Shown here in pieces: positions 40,839 to 50,140 of a stretch of 50,140 nt of DNA (within the stretch, counting starts at the first letter, position 1; the number at the start of each line of letters is the position of its first letter). The position numbers were made by a program, and so were the translations under genes. Where the stretch lies: assembly GCA_036517855.1 (NCBI GenBank), contig DATDSR010000021.1:1-50140 (forward strand), written 5' to 3'. Under the pieces are notes generated by a model that worked only from the letters and a program-made list of their open reading frames with translations, ran no database searches and was not told the DNA's origin. Source of the stretch: Minisyncoccota bacterium (lineage in GTDB: Bacteria > Patescibacteriota > Minisyncoccia > Phycocordibacterales > DATDSR01).

Positions 40839-43150
40839 AGTTTTTCTTCGGTTTGCTTTTCCCAGCCCGAGGCTGGTCCGCCTTGGGCGGAAAATTCCTC
40901 GCCATACTCATCTGTGGCACTCGGTGTTGAGCCGAAGACCTCGCGTGGTTTTGCTCCGGAGCCCGCGCCCACCACTCCGCGTTCTTCAAGCATGTCGAGC
41001 AAACGTGCGGCCCGAGCGTAACCGACTTTAAGTTTGCGCTGGAGTAAGGACGAAGATGCTCGGCCAATCTTTTGCACAATCTCCTTCGCTTGCTCAAATA
41101 GCTCGTCATCGTCATCGCTTGTTTCGTCGTTCCAGCCAGAGGCTGGTCCGCCTCCGGCGGAAAAACCTTCACCGCCCTCGGCCGCGATCTCAAGAGCCGA
41201 CGTTTCGGTGGGTGATTCGTTGTGACCGCTTATAAAGCTCACTACCTTCTTCACCTCGGCTTCAGACACGAAAGCTGATTGCAAGCGGACAGGCTTTGAG
41301 GTCTCGCCGGAGAGGTAGAGCATATCGCCTGCGCCCAAGAGCTTCTCAGCGCCAGGCATATCAATAATAGTGCGCGAGTCTATTTGCGATGGTACCTGCA
41401 AAGCCACACGTGACGGGATATTTGCCTTAATCAGGCCAGTGATTACTTCAGTGGATGGCCGTTGAGTGGAGAGTATCAAGTGGATACCAACCGCACGTGA
41501 CATTTGGGCCACACGTACAATAGCCGACTCGAGTTCGCGCGGGTAGGAGGACATAATGTCAGCAAGTTCATCGATGACTATCACTATATATGGCATTGCC
41601 TCTGGCAACGAAGGAGGATCGAGTTGGCCACTCTTTCCGCCCGAGGCGGATCGGCCTAGGGCCGAATTGTATTTATCTAAGGCCGGGTTGTAGACGTTCT
41701 CATGGTAACTCTTGATGTCACGGGCGGCTTCGGCCTCAAGGATGTCGTAACGCCGGTCCATCTCCTTAGCCGCCCATTTAAGGGCGAGGATGGCCTTTTT
41801 AGGATTGGTGATAACCGGCGTAAGTAAGTGGGGGGTGTTGTTGTAGAGAGTTAGTTCAACCCGCTTAGGGTCAATCATAATGAAGCGCAAATTGGACGGA
41901 GCGTTGCGATAGAGGAGTGAGATGATGAGTGCGTGGATGGTCACAGATTTGCCCGAGCCTGTGGTGCCGGCGATAAGTAGGTGAGGTGATTTGGCTACAT
42001 CAGTAAAGGTGACAGCGCCCGTGATGTCTTTACCCATTGCCACAAGGAGAGGCTTATCTGATTTGGCGAAGTTTTGGTCGGCCAGGAGTGAGCCTAGACG
42101 CACGGTTGTTTTGACCGAGTTGGGGACTTCAATACCAACCAGTGACTTACCCGGTATGGGTGCCTCGACTCGGAGTGGGTGAGCGGCAAGCGAAAGGGCC
42201 AAGTCATTTTGCAAAGCTACAATGCGCGAGAGCTTTACTCCTTCGGCCGGCTTGAGCGCGTAACGAGTAATAGAAGGGCCGATAGAAATTTCGTCCATCT
42301 CCACCTCGATGCCGAAGTTAGAGAGTGTGCGTTTTATAATGTTTGAATTCGCCTTGATATCGCCAGCGCCCGGCTTGCCACTGTCGCGACCAAGTAACTC
42401 GAGCGGGGGAGGGGTGTAAGGGGTTTGATCAGCGCGCACTAAAGGCACGAATTCTTCACGAGTATCTTTACCTAAGCCAAACATGCCTTTGACCTTGCTT
42501 GCGGTTGTCTCTTGTGGTCTCTGGGTTGGCTCGGCTGGGGTTTTGTCTTCGGCCACCTCTTCTATCTCATCTGCAACTTCGTCTACGACCTCTTCCATGT
42601 CATCCTCCACTACTCCCTTTCTGTTTCTCCACAAGGTTAAGATTTTTTCAAATGATAATGTTGTTTCAAATATAAGCACCAGTGAGATTAGAAATACTGC
42701 CACAAATATCGCCCAACTGGCTGTGCCGAAAAGCCTACTGCTCACACTCGCTATGCCGTAGCCAATGATACCTCCGGGGTGATTAACCTCGTCTCCAAAC
42801 CCACGCTCTATAATACCCAAACCCGAAAGCACAAAAAATAGGCTACCCACAGCCCGCACAAGGACTAATCGTGGTTGATGCGAGCGGAAGAAGGACACAG
42901 CCACGAGCAGGGAGATTGTCGGCACGAGGTAGAAGCCTGCTCCCAAGAGGTAGCGCAGAACCTCGTATGTCTTATTGCCAATGAAGCCAGCTAAGCCCCT
43001 AGAGGATAACAGGAGGAATACGGAAAAGGCTAAAAAGGCTATGCCCCAGATGGTGTGTCGCACCCCGTCCTTTAGCCCGCCACCGCCATTCTTTGAGACA
43101 TCTTGGGGTTGTTTAAAACTAGATTTAGCTTTCTTCTTCACAACCCACAT
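40835..43150 (-). CDS. ftsK: DNA translocase FtsK/SpoIIIE
   Basis: It has N-terminal TM segments, the Walker A GTTGSGKS and a gamma wHTH (LLQRKLKVGYARAARLLDMLEERGVV). Two in-frame repeat inserts translate as SAGGGPASGW and SAQGGPASGW. Confidence 0.95.
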   Translation of the reverse strand: MWVVKKKAKSSFKQPQDVSKNGGGGLKDGVRHTIWGIAFLAFSVFLLLSSRGLAGFIGNKTYEVLRYLLGAGFYLVPTISLLVAVSFFRSHQPRLVLVRAVGSLFFVLSGLGIIERGFGDEVNHPGGIIGYGIASVSSRLFGTASWAIFVAVFLISLVLIFETTLSFEKILTLWRNRKGVVEDDMEEVVDEVADEIEEVAEDKTPAEPTQRPQETTASKVKGMFGLGKDTREEFVPLVRADQTPYTPPPLELLGRDSGKPGAGDIKANSNIIKRTLSNFGIEVEMDEISIGPSITRYALKPAEGVKLSRIVALQNDLALSLAAHPLRVEAPIPGKSLVGIEVPNSVKTTVRLGSLLADQNFAKSDKPLLVAMGKDITGAVTFTDVAKSPHLLIAGTTGSGKSVTIHALIISLLYRNAPSNLRFIMIDPKRVELTLYNNTPHLLTPVITNPKKAILALKWAAKEMDRRYDILEAEAARDIKSYHENVYNPALDKYNSALGRSASGGKSGQLDPPSLPEAMPYIVIVIDELADIMSSYPRELESAIVRVAQMSRAVGIHLILSTQRPSTEVITGLIKANIPSRVALQVPSQIDSRTIIDMPGAEKLLGAGDMLYLSGETSKPVRLQSAFVSEAEVKKVVSFISGHNESPTETSALEIAAEGGEGFSAGGGPASGWNDETSDDDDELFEQAKEIVQKIGRASSSLLQRKLKVGYARAARLLDMLEERGVVGAGSGAKPREVFGSTPSATDEYGEEFSAQGGPASGWEKQTEEKL
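40862..40891. repeat. 30-nt GC-rich double-hairpin element, in frame in the ftsK C-terminal tail
   Basis: CCAGCC-CGA-GGCTGG TCCGCC-TTG-GGCGGA followed by AAAA. Confidence 0.8.
41132..41161. repeat. 30-nt GC-rich double-hairpin element, in frame in ftsK upstream of the gamma domain
   Basis: CCAGCC-AGA-GGCTGG TCCGCC-TCC-GGCGGA followed by AAAA. Confidence 0.8.
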
Positions 43151-43274
43151 TTTAGCAAGATAATTAGATATTGCCTAAGTAGTTTGTGAATAAATCGATG
43201 CAAGCCAGAGGAGAACTATTGCATTGTCGTTTGCATTCTCTTTTTATGGCGCATATACTTGACCTTAACAGAAT

Positions 43275-43919
43275 ATGAACTTCGCTCTAGGACAAAACAA
43301 GTTAGTAGCTGAAGCCGAATCCGGTCTCTTAAATCGGGCCAAAAGGCTTTCGATTGCCCTTTACAGACTAACCAGTTACTTCGAACCAAATGAACCGATG
43401 CGGGAGAGTCTAAGGGCCAAGGCTATTTCGCTAATGGACACAGTTTTAGTCATAAAGGACATTAGAAAACCGCTAAAAGAGCTATTGTCCTATACAGATG
43501 TCCTATTATATTCAGGTCTTGTCTCTGAGACGAACATAAAAATCTTAAAGGACGAATTAATGTCCCTGACAAACCAAGCCCAACAATTAACTAGCGAGGA
43601 GCCATCCCCCTTTTTTGGTCTCACGGATTTGATCCCGGATTTACCCAAAACGCTTGTGCCTCCGAGTAATCATTTGATTGGGCTAAATTTAGCTACAGCA
43701 CAACTAGCGACGAGTAGTCAAAAGGATAAGCGCCGGGTGGCCATAGTGGATTTCATCAGAAAGAATGGGGGGGCAAGTGTGCGCGATTTGATGGCTGTAG
43801 TTAGGGGCTGTAGCGAAAAGACGATACAAAGAGAGTTGGCTTTACTTATTGCCCACGGTGAACTCAAGCGCGAGGGAGAGCGCAGGTGGAGTAAGTATTT
43901 GCTCGCACGAGCGTCTTAA
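43275..43919 (+). CDS. winged-helix (DeoR-like HTH) DNA-binding protein
   Basis: The C-terminal VAIVDFIRKNGGASVRDLMAVVRGCSEKTIQRELALLIAHGELKREG is a wHTH pattern. The N-terminal half is helical. Confidence 0.6.
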   Translation: MNFALGQNKLVAEAESGLLNRAKRLSIALYRLTSYFEPNEPMRESLRAKAISLMDTVLVIKDIRKPLKELLSYTDVLLYSGLVSETNIKILKDELMSLTNQAQQLTSEEPSPFFGLTDLIPDLPKTLVPPSNHLIGLNLATAQLATSSQKDKRRVAIVDFIRKNGGASVRDLMAVVRGCSEKTIQRELALLIAHGELKREGERRWSKYLLARAS

Positions 43920-44221
43920 CGCATAGGTCCTTAGCCACGGATTGACCCGAGGAGGCGAATATGCTAGCTTATCCACATAGCATATTTGGCTATAAAGCTC
44001 TGTAACTATATACTTATTGAAGTAGTTGCGGCTTTTCTTTGTACGGCCATAGGCCGTGTGATTGTTTGGCAGAAAGGAGGACTTTGAAAACTGAATAGTC
44101 TCTGCGAAAACGGAGACAGTTATCCTACTTATTTTGTTCCACAAAACGTTCTTTCGTTTGTATGAAAGGGCGGGTATGGAAATTATTAATTGAGATTATT
44201 ATTAATCACGAATTAGATTAT

Positions 44222-47200
44222 ATGACCAAAACCTCTATGGGTAAGGTCGCAAGAATCGCTTCGATAGTTCTCGGTGTTGCGATGTTCGCAACTGTGGCTC
44301 TGCCAGCTTCGGCCGCCACCATCGATGATCTGTTGGCGCAGATTGCTGCGTTGCAGGCTCAACTCCTTGCTATGCAAGGTGGTTCGACCTCAACTTCTTG
44401 CAACTTTACGATGAATTTATCAATGGGTATGCAGAACTCGCAAGTCATGGACTTGCAGAAGTATCTGAACGCCAAAGGTGCCACGGTTTCCCTCACGGGA
44501 GCCGGTGCTCCAGGTCAGGAGACAAGCTACTTTGGTGCTCGCACCAAGGCCGCTGTCATGGTCTGGCAGAATATGCACGCCGCTCAAGTTCTCGCTCCGG
44601 CGGGACTTAGCGGAGGCACAGGCTTCTGGGGAATGTTCTCACGCACTTACGCCAACACAACTTGTGGCGGTGTAGTGACTCCTCCCCCAGGCCAAAACCC
44701 TCCTCCAGTTCCTCCAGCCACTGGCGGCATCTCGGTTTCAGCTGCCGCACAGCCCGCCAACTCGCTAGCTCCTGAAAGTGCAGCTCGTGTACCTTTCACC
44801 AACTTTACGGTGACAGCTGGTGCGCAAGATGCCACCCTCAACTCTGTAGTGGTTGAACGTCAAGGTCTAGGTGCCGACGCTGCTTTCGACAGTGTGGTGC
44901 TTATAGACGAGACTGGTGCTCAAGTTGGTAATTCCAAGACTCTCAACTCTGATCACCGAGCCACTATTGGCGAGAACGTGGTCATCAAGGCTGGTACTTC
45001 GCGCACCTTTACTGTGGCCGGCAATATGGTCGCCGACAACAGTGGTCGCGCTGGTCAGGTTGCTTCTCTTGCCCTTGTGGCAGTGAACGCCTCTGGTTCG
45101 GTTTCGGGTAGCTTCCCCATCGTTGGCGCCACTCACACGATCAATGCCACTTTGGACATTGGTACCGTGACTATGGGCCGTGGATCTTATGATCCTGGCT
45201 CTGCTCTGACTAAGGAAGTAGGTGTTGTGGGTTACAACTTCTCGTCTGTCAGGGTTACAGCTGGCTCGAACGAGGATATGTACCTCCGCTCCATCCGTTG
45301 GAACCAGACTGGTTCAGCGGCTCCTAGTGATCTTGCCAACCTAACGACTGTGGTTGATGGCGTGTCTTACTCCACAGTCATCTCGTCTGACAGCAAGTAT
45401 TACAGCACCGTCTTCCCAGCTCCTGGCCTCTTGATCGTCAAGGGCGCATCCAAGGATATCACCATCAAGGGTGACATTGTGGGTGGCTCTGGCCGCACAA
45501 TAGCCTTTGATCTCGCCAAGAGGATTGACATCAACTTGGTTGGTAAAGACCATGGCTACGGCACCACTCCTCCCCAGACAACTGGCAACTCTAACAACTG
45601 CGGCGCGACCACTGGTACCTCGTGCTTTACTACAACCGAGGATCCTTGGTATGACGGCGCTGTCGTGACCGTGTCGGCTGGTACTATGAACGTCAGTTCG
45701 TGGTCGGCCGGTGTTCCTTCGGCAAACATCGCTGAAGGAGTGTCTGATGTTCCGATCGCTGGCTTCACCGTTGACGTTAAGGGCGAAGGTATCTCTGTTG
45801 GTTCGATGATCTTCGGTGTTGGTGTGACTGGCACCGTTGCTTCGGGCGGCATTGATTCTGTCAAACTTATCGACGAAACGGGCAAGACCCTCGCTGGCCC
45901 TACCGACGTCACCCAGATAACCACGGGTTACGGAACAGTCACCCTCTCTAACTCGATAACATTCAAAACGGGTGTTACCAAAGTTAAATTGGTGGCCAAG
46001 GTTGATACTAGTGCTGCCAACAACGACACTGTTGTAGCCTCTACCACCCCTGGTAGCGGTTGGACAAGCGTCAAGGGCGAAACTACGGGGAATACCATTA
46101 CTCCTTCCCCCTCTTCCGCCATCTCTGGTTCTACTCAAACAGTTAAGGCTGGAACATTAACGATTACGGTTTCCACTCTACCTCCGGCTCAGAACGTGGT
46201 CGCCGGTTCCAAGCAGTTCACCTTCGCCAACTACATCTTCGATGGTTCTGCCTCTGGCGAGGATGTGCGTATGAACACGGTGCCTCTCTACTTCGACACC
46301 ACAGGTACGCGCACCGATCTTACCAACTGTTCGCTCTACGATGGAGCCACGGCTCTTAACACCGGTTCTAATGTTAAGAACCCAGCTACCACCGACACAG
46401 CTTCATCCACCTCTCTTACCTTCGATGGTACAGGTTTGATTGTCACTAAGGGGACAAGCAAGACCCTCTCTATGAAGTGTGATCTCAAAACTGGTGTTAC
46501 CACTAAGTATTGGTGGGGTGTTGATGCGGGCGCTACCTTCACAGCCACCGGTCTAACAAGTGGTACCACGATTACGCCTACGGCTACTGATGCTAACGGT
46601 CAAATTATGACCGCCGTTGCTGGTGGTGGTTACAGCGTGGTGAATTCGGCTGATTCCTCGGTGCTCTACCGCGCAGTCCAGGCCGGAGCCACAGACGTGA
46701 TTTTGGCCAAGTACATCTTCACCGCTTCTACGTCTGAGGATGTTACTATCAAGCAAATTGTCTTAGCTCTTGGCAACACCGCTTCCAACTCGCCGGCTGA
46801 CCTTGTTGGTCAACAGGTAACAGTATGGAAGGGTACTACCCAGGTTGGTATAGGCCAGTTCGGTGTCGGCGGTACTGCCGATGTCGCCACCTCAACGCTT
46901 TCGGCTCCGTTCAACGTCCCCAAGGGTGAATCTGTGACTATTACAGTCAAGGGTTCGCTTACGGCCCAGGATTCTATTAATGGTACCCCGGGCGCCTTCA
47001 TTGTAGTCAACTACGATGGTGGTGTGGGTAATAACGGTAGTTCCTCAAGCGCCACTGGTAACTATGGTACGGGCGTTGATTCGGGCTCGACCATTGGCGG
47101 TAGCTACGCTGCTGTCACCAACACCAACGGTGTGCGTGTATTCCGTGGAGTTCCGACTATCTCGGTCCTCTCAAGCGGTTGCGCCACTTGTCTACAGACT

Positions 47201-47740
47201 GGCGTGGATCTCTACAAGATTCGCGTTACCGCTCCCGCCGCTCGCGGTATTGGTCTCCGTGCTGTCAGCTTCAACGTGAGTTCGATTGGTATTGGAGTCA
47301 CTGGCTGGCAACTCGTTGGTCCTAATGGCGCGGTTAATGCCACAGCAGTTGCTTCTACCACCAATAATCGCTTGATCATCAACTTCGACAACTCGTCTAC
47401 GGACAGTTTGGTTGATGCTGGTGATTCCAAGGATTACGCGGTTCGAGCCACTGGCTTTAGTTCGGCCCTCACTTCGGCAAACACAGAGACGGTAAGCATC
47501 AACCTGGTGTCTGACACCACAACCCCAAGCTACTTGGCAACAGGCACGCTTATGGGCTCGGTGTACTCAATCCAGAACAGTGCTTCAAGCTCTGACAAGT
47601 TCGTGTGGACACCGTTCTCAAGCACCACCCCGGCGGTATTGACAGCAGCGATGCAGCTCAATGCTGACTGGACGAACAGTTACGGAGTGCCCGGCTTCAA
47701 TGTAAGTCAGGATCTCCCAGCTCAAAGCTTCAGCAACTAA
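44222..47740 (+). CDS. very large surface protein: signal anchor, LQAQL coiled segment, PG_binding_1-like domain, long Thr/Ser/Gly/Val-rich beta region
   Basis: ORF 44162..47740 with the start set at ATG 44222 (MTKTSMGKVARIASIVLGVAMFATVALPASA). The PG-binding-like segment is QVMDLQKYLNAKG...GQETSYFGARTKAAVMVWQ. Confidence 0.8.
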   Translation: MTKTSMGKVARIASIVLGVAMFATVALPASAATIDDLLAQIAALQAQLLAMQGGSTSTSCNFTMNLSMGMQNSQVMDLQKYLNAKGATVSLTGAGAPGQETSYFGARTKAAVMVWQNMHAAQVLAPAGLSGGTGFWGMFSRTYANTTCGGVVTPPPGQNPPPVPPATGGISVSAAAQPANSLAPESAARVPFTNFTVTAGAQDATLNSVVVERQGLGADAAFDSVVLIDETGAQVGNSKTLNSDHRATIGENVVIKAGTSRTFTVAGNMVADNSGRAGQVASLALVAVNASGSVSGSFPIVGATHTINATLDIGTVTMGRGSYDPGSALTKEVGVVGYNFSSVRVTAGSNEDMYLRSIRWNQTGSAAPSDLANLTTVVDGVSYSTVISSDSKYYSTVFPAPGLLIVKGASKDITIKGDIVGGSGRTIAFDLAKRIDINLVGKDHGYGTTPPQTTGNSNNCGATTGTSCFTTTEDPWYDGAVVTVSAGTMNVSSWSAGVPSANIAEGVSDVPIAGFTVDVKGEGISVGSMIFGVGVTGTVASGGIDSVKLIDETGKTLAGPTDVTQITTGYGTVTLSNSITFKTGVTKVKLVAKVDTSAANNDTVVASTTPGSGWTSVKGETTGNTITPSPSSAISGSTQTVKAGTLTITVSTLPPAQNVVAGSKQFTFANYIFDGSASGEDVRMNTVPLYFDTTGTRTDLTNCSLYDGATALNTGSNVKNPATTDTASSTSLTFDGTGLIVTKGTSKTLSMKCDLKTGVTTKYWWGVDAGATFTATGLTSGTTITPTATDANGQIMTAVAGGGYSVVNSADSSVLYRAVQAGATDVILAKYIFTASTSEDVTIKQIVLALGNTASNSPADLVGQQVTVWKGTTQVGIGQFGVGGTADVATSTLSAPFNVPKGESVTITVKGSLTAQDSINGTPGAFIVVNYDGGVGNNGSSSSATGNYGTGVDSGSTIGGSYAAVTNTNGVRVFRGVPTISVLSSGCATCLQTGVDLYKIRVTAPAARGIGLRAVSFNVSSIGIGVTGWQLVGPNGAVNATAVASTTNNRLIINFDNSSTDSLVDAGDSKDYAVRATGFSSALTSANTETVSINLVSDTTTPSYLATGTLMGSVYSIQNSASSSDKFVWTPFSSTTPAVLTAAMQLNADWTNSYGVPGFNVSQDLPAQSFSN

Positions 47741-47777
47741 TACTTCTATCGGGTCGATACGATTTAAGTAGCGATTA

Positions 47778-47813
47778 CCCCCTCCGCCTTTGGCGAGAGG
47801 GGGTTTTCGTTTT
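47778..47813 (+). terminator. rho-independent terminator
   Basis: CCCCCTC-CGCC-TTT-GGCG-A-GAGGGGG is followed by TTTTCGTTTT. Confidence 0.8.
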
Positions 47814-47837
47814 ACCCAGAGTCCGACGAAAGGTTGC

Positions 47838-47865
47838 TTGCAAAAGTTTTTTATGTCTGTAAAAT
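47838..47865 (+). promoter_or_regulatory. putative promoter TTGCAA-N16-TAAAAT, with the -10 ending 6 nt before ATG 47872
   Basis: The spacing suggests a transcript that starts at, or 1 codon-pair upstream of, the coding start (MNKNN...). Confidence 0.45.
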
Positions 47866-48534
47866 ATGATTATGAACAAAAATAATCTAACTATCATAGT
47901 AGTTCTGCTTGTCATAATTGGCGGTTTTTGGTTTTGGCAATCCCAGCCTGCGGGTGTGGTTGCACCTAGCGGAGTCGTGTCTAGCTCCACCCCATTTACG
48001 GCCACAACCAGTGCCAGCGATCCCAAGATTGAACTTGGCACGTCCTCGGCGCCCAGGGTTACCAAAGGGGTGGTACCCAATCTTGGCCACCAAGTGGTCT
48101 ACAAAACAGGCCTTACCGTCGAACAGAAGAAGGCAATAGTAAGTAGTATCGAACAGGCGAGAGGCGTGCTTGCCAGTGATAAGTTCAATTTTGACGCATG
48201 GATAGATTTGGCCAATGTTACTTCAGGAGCGGGCGATGACAACTATGCCATAGAGATATTAAAATTTGTGTCGCTCAATACACCTAAATGGGCCCTACCC
48301 GAGAGCAATCTCGGTATGATTTATGGTTACCACATTCACGACAACACGACGGCCGAAAGCCACTTCAGAATAGCTCTCGAGCGCGAACCCAATGTCGCCT
48401 ACTACTGGATTCAAACGGCCCAATTCTTCATTGATATTGACAATGAGGCCGAAGCCCGGAGGGTTCTCCAAACAGGCAAAAATAAAAAAGTAACTGACTA
48501 TCAGAGGCTAGAGCAGATGCTAAAAAGCCTGTAG
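47866..48534 (+). CDS. membrane-anchored TPR-like repeat protein
   Basis: It has an N-terminal TM (LTIIVVLLVIIGGFWFW) and a C-terminal helical repeat pattern (AESHFRIALEREPNVAYYWIQTAQFFIDIDNEAEARRVL). The start may be 47872. Confidence 0.65.
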   Translation: MIMNKNNLTIIVVLLVIIGGFWFWQSQPAGVVAPSGVVSSSTPFTATTSASDPKIELGTSSAPRVTKGVVPNLGHQVVYKTGLTVEQKKAIVSSIEQARGVLASDKFNFDAWIDLANVTSGAGDDNYAIEILKFVSLNTPKWALPESNLGMIYGYHIHDNTTAESHFRIALEREPNVAYYWIQTAQFFIDIDNEAEARRVLQTGKNKKVTDYQRLEQMLKSL

Positions 48535-48674
48535 CAGGGGTAACGTGAGTTATCCACTTTTAGGCCTTTAACCTATAACACATCTGGTAACATACGGGTT
48601 ACAATAGTAGTTGGATAAATTTATTATTATTAACCCCGACAGGGGATAGCTCTTTTGTAGAGTATTAACTAAAT

Positions 48675-49352
48675 ATGAAGCAGAAAAATATTACGGCTCT
48701 CGCGTTCTCGGCTGGGGTGCTTACAGCCGCAGTGCTTTTGATTGGCCAAGTAGTGGGTGCCTCAAGCACCATCAGCACCAACATAAGTACTGATGGTACA
48801 CTTTCGGTAACCGGCATAGTCAACGCCTCAAGCACTTTGCAAGCCACGGGCGATATTACCACGTATGGTGGCGGGACTTTCGGTAACTCAGCCACAGCAG
48901 ACCAGTATGTTTTTGTTGGCACTTTGCAGGCTTCGTCCACGGCACTTTTTGGTGGACAGGCCAACTTCTATGATTCCATTGGCGTGGGTACCGCTACCCC
49001 TGCCACCACAGTAGGTATAGTGGGTACAACAACGATGACACGAGGTCTCGTGGTTGGGGGAGCGACCACTGGTACCCCAATAAGCGCCGTTATGATGGGC
49101 ACGTGCACCTACAACCCAGGCGCGGCTATTGTCGCTAGCACCACTCTCTCCACCAACTGTACAGGTGCGACTGGCGTGCGCAATGGTGATCGAGTGTTTG
49201 TTACCCCGCGCTCATTGGCAAATTACCTTACTTTGACGAGCGCCTCTTCGACCGCTACTGACGATGTTGTTCAGGTAAGCGTGTACAATATGGGATATGG
49301 TGGCCCCATTACCCCCGCGTCAGCCACTTGGAGTTGGATGGCTATCCGATAA
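48675..49352 (+). CDS. secreted Ser/Thr/Gly-rich hypothetical protein
   Basis: A signal anchor is followed by degenerate repeats (TLSVTGIVNASSTLQATGDI..., TLQASSTALFGG...). Confidence 0.6.
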   Translation: MKQKNITALAFSAGVLTAAVLLIGQVVGASSTISTNISTDGTLSVTGIVNASSTLQATGDITTYGGGTFGNSATADQYVFVGTLQASSTALFGGQANFYDSIGVGTATPATTVGIVGTTTMTRGLVVGGATTGTPISAVMMGTCTYNPGAAIVASTTLSTNCTGATGVRNGDRVFVTPRSLANYLTLTSASSTATDDVVQVSVYNMGYGGPITPASATWSWMAIR

Positions 49353-49379
49353 CTTTAGCAGCTTAAAAAATATGCTGCT

Positions 49380-50140
49380 ATGAAAAAAATAAACAAAATC
49401 ATCCTTGCCGTAGGCTTGTTTGCCTTGCCCGTATTTACCTTCGCCGCTTACAACGATGTGTCACTACAAACCGGAGGGGTGATAAGTTCCAATGGCATAA
49501 ACATCGACGTAAGTGGCACCGATAGCGTGATTGAGAGTATTACTGTAAATTCCGGTAGTTTTACGATGCAAATGAGAGCAAATTCGTACGTAAAATTATC
49601 AGTCCCTACGTACAATCAATTATCTTACGAAGACTCATATGACACGGGGAGCTCTATAGAATATACCTGCAATGCCAGTAATTCAGTACTTCAAATCAGA
49701 AGGTCCGACGACAGTCAGCCGACCACAATCACCGTAACCCCGTCGTCGACTATATGTAGCAATTCAACTACCAGTAGTGGCAACGGTGGTATTGTGGGCG
49801 GTGGTGGAGGCGGAGGCGGTAGTTACACCTACATACCACCCGTGACTGCTACTACATCAGCAAACACAACAGGCACTTTGCAGGCCCAATTACTTGCCCT
49901 GCAGTCCCAGCTGGCTGGTATGGGCGGTAGCGCAAAGAGTGCTCTTACCCTCCGTCTCACCCTCGGTTCCACCGGTCCTGAAGTTAAGATTCTCCAGCAA
50001 ATCCTTAACACCGATCCTGAAACCCAAGTTTCCCTCTCTGGCGCCGGTTCCCCAGGTAACGAGACCACTCTCTTTGGAGGCGCTACCTTAGCCGCCCTCA
50101 AGAAGTTCCAAGTTAAGTGGGGCATAGTTTCTGAAGGTAA
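49380..50140 (+). CDS. secreted PG_binding_1-domain protein (3-prime partial, runs off the window)
   Basis: It is not in the ORF track because no stop is reached. My own translation from ATG 49380 is open to the end of the window. It reads [22 protein letters not shown] (signal), a poly-Gly run, [17 protein letters not shown], then [15 protein letters not shown]...[24 protein letters not shown]. Confidence 0.75.
   Translation, partial: MKKINKIILAVGLFALPVFTFAAYNDVSLQTGGVISSNGINIDVSGTDSVIESITVNSGSFTMQMRANSYVKLSVPTYNQLSYEDSYDTGSSIEYTCNASNSVLQIRRSDDSQPTTITVTPSSTICSNSTTSSGNGGIVGGGGGGGGSYTYIPPVTATTSANTTGTLQAQLLALQSQLAGMGGSAKSALTLRLTLGSTGPEVKILQQILNTDPETQVSLSGAGSPGNETTLFGGATLAALKKFQVKWGIVSEG

Noticed and set aside
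44073-44097. AAAGGAGG followed by a 4-codon TTG-initiated mini-ORF in the 300-nt leader of the 44222 surface-protein gene, as a possible leader peptide.
   Set aside because: The spacing between GGAGG and TTG is only 2 nt, the ORF is trivially short and there is no associated attenuator structure. It is not supportable from sequence alone.
45341-46138. 265-aa minus-strand ORF, plus other antisense ORFs (44647..44841, 45556..45924, 46336..46569), inside the large surface-protein gene.
   Set aside because: They sit within an uninterrupted 3.5-kb plus-strand ORF that has a signal peptide and recognisable domains. The antisense translations are Arg/Gly/Asp-rich low-complexity sequence without motifs.
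19435-48558. Chromosomal replication origin inferred from DnaA boxes (19435, 43969, 48550).
   Set aside because: The boxes are isolated, tens of kb apart. They are not clustered and not next to dnaA/dnaN or an AT-rich unwinding element. An oriC needs several boxes within a few hundred bp.

Overview
The window is a 50.1-kb chromosomal segment that is almost entirely coding. From gene content I infer a small-genome, CPR/Patescibacteria-like (Parcubacteria-type) bacterium: housekeeping operons are compact, backbone genes mostly lack Shine-Dalgarno sequences, and there are several very large secreted or peptidoglycan-binding surface proteins. Backbone genes recognised from the translations are ddl, a PfkB kinase, secE-nusG-rplK, argS and ileS-hydrolase-recO. 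There is also one long operon, glyQS-MBL-DUF3850-mazG-DUF3850-perM-metG-tatD-rpsF-ssb-rpsR. Further backbone genes are efp, an ECF sigma factor, recA and ftsK. Two surface-protein blocks lie at 14.5-23 kb and 44-50 kb. I found no rRNA, tRNA, CRISPR array, transposase, integrase or reverse transcriptase. Six things stand out. (1) ileS carries a complete histidine-phosphatase (PGAM-like) domain nested in frame inside its zinc-knuckle region. (2) The ribosomal operon is broken right after rplK: a DUF4258/DUF2283 toxin-antitoxin cassette sits there, bracketed by a duplicated rplK 3-prime end. (3) That cassette is followed by a GC-richer island with strong SD sites, encoding tmk, a tandem-duplicated ThyX, a long double-domain dCTP-deaminase-like protein and an unknown 184-aa protein. 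(4) Several families of short hairpin-capable elements are inserted both in intergenic DNA and in frame inside essential genes (ddl, ileS, metG, tatD, efp, ftsK). Some are heptad-periodic and AT-rich; others are GC-rich palindromes. (5) Identical 39-bp structured direct repeats flank a PaaX/Cas2-like regulator gene. (6) A recurrent TGnTATAAT-N6-ATG architecture suggests leaderless mRNAs, and there is one candidate structured RNA. All domain calls come from motif reading by eye; none has been confirmed by HMM or BLAST searches.
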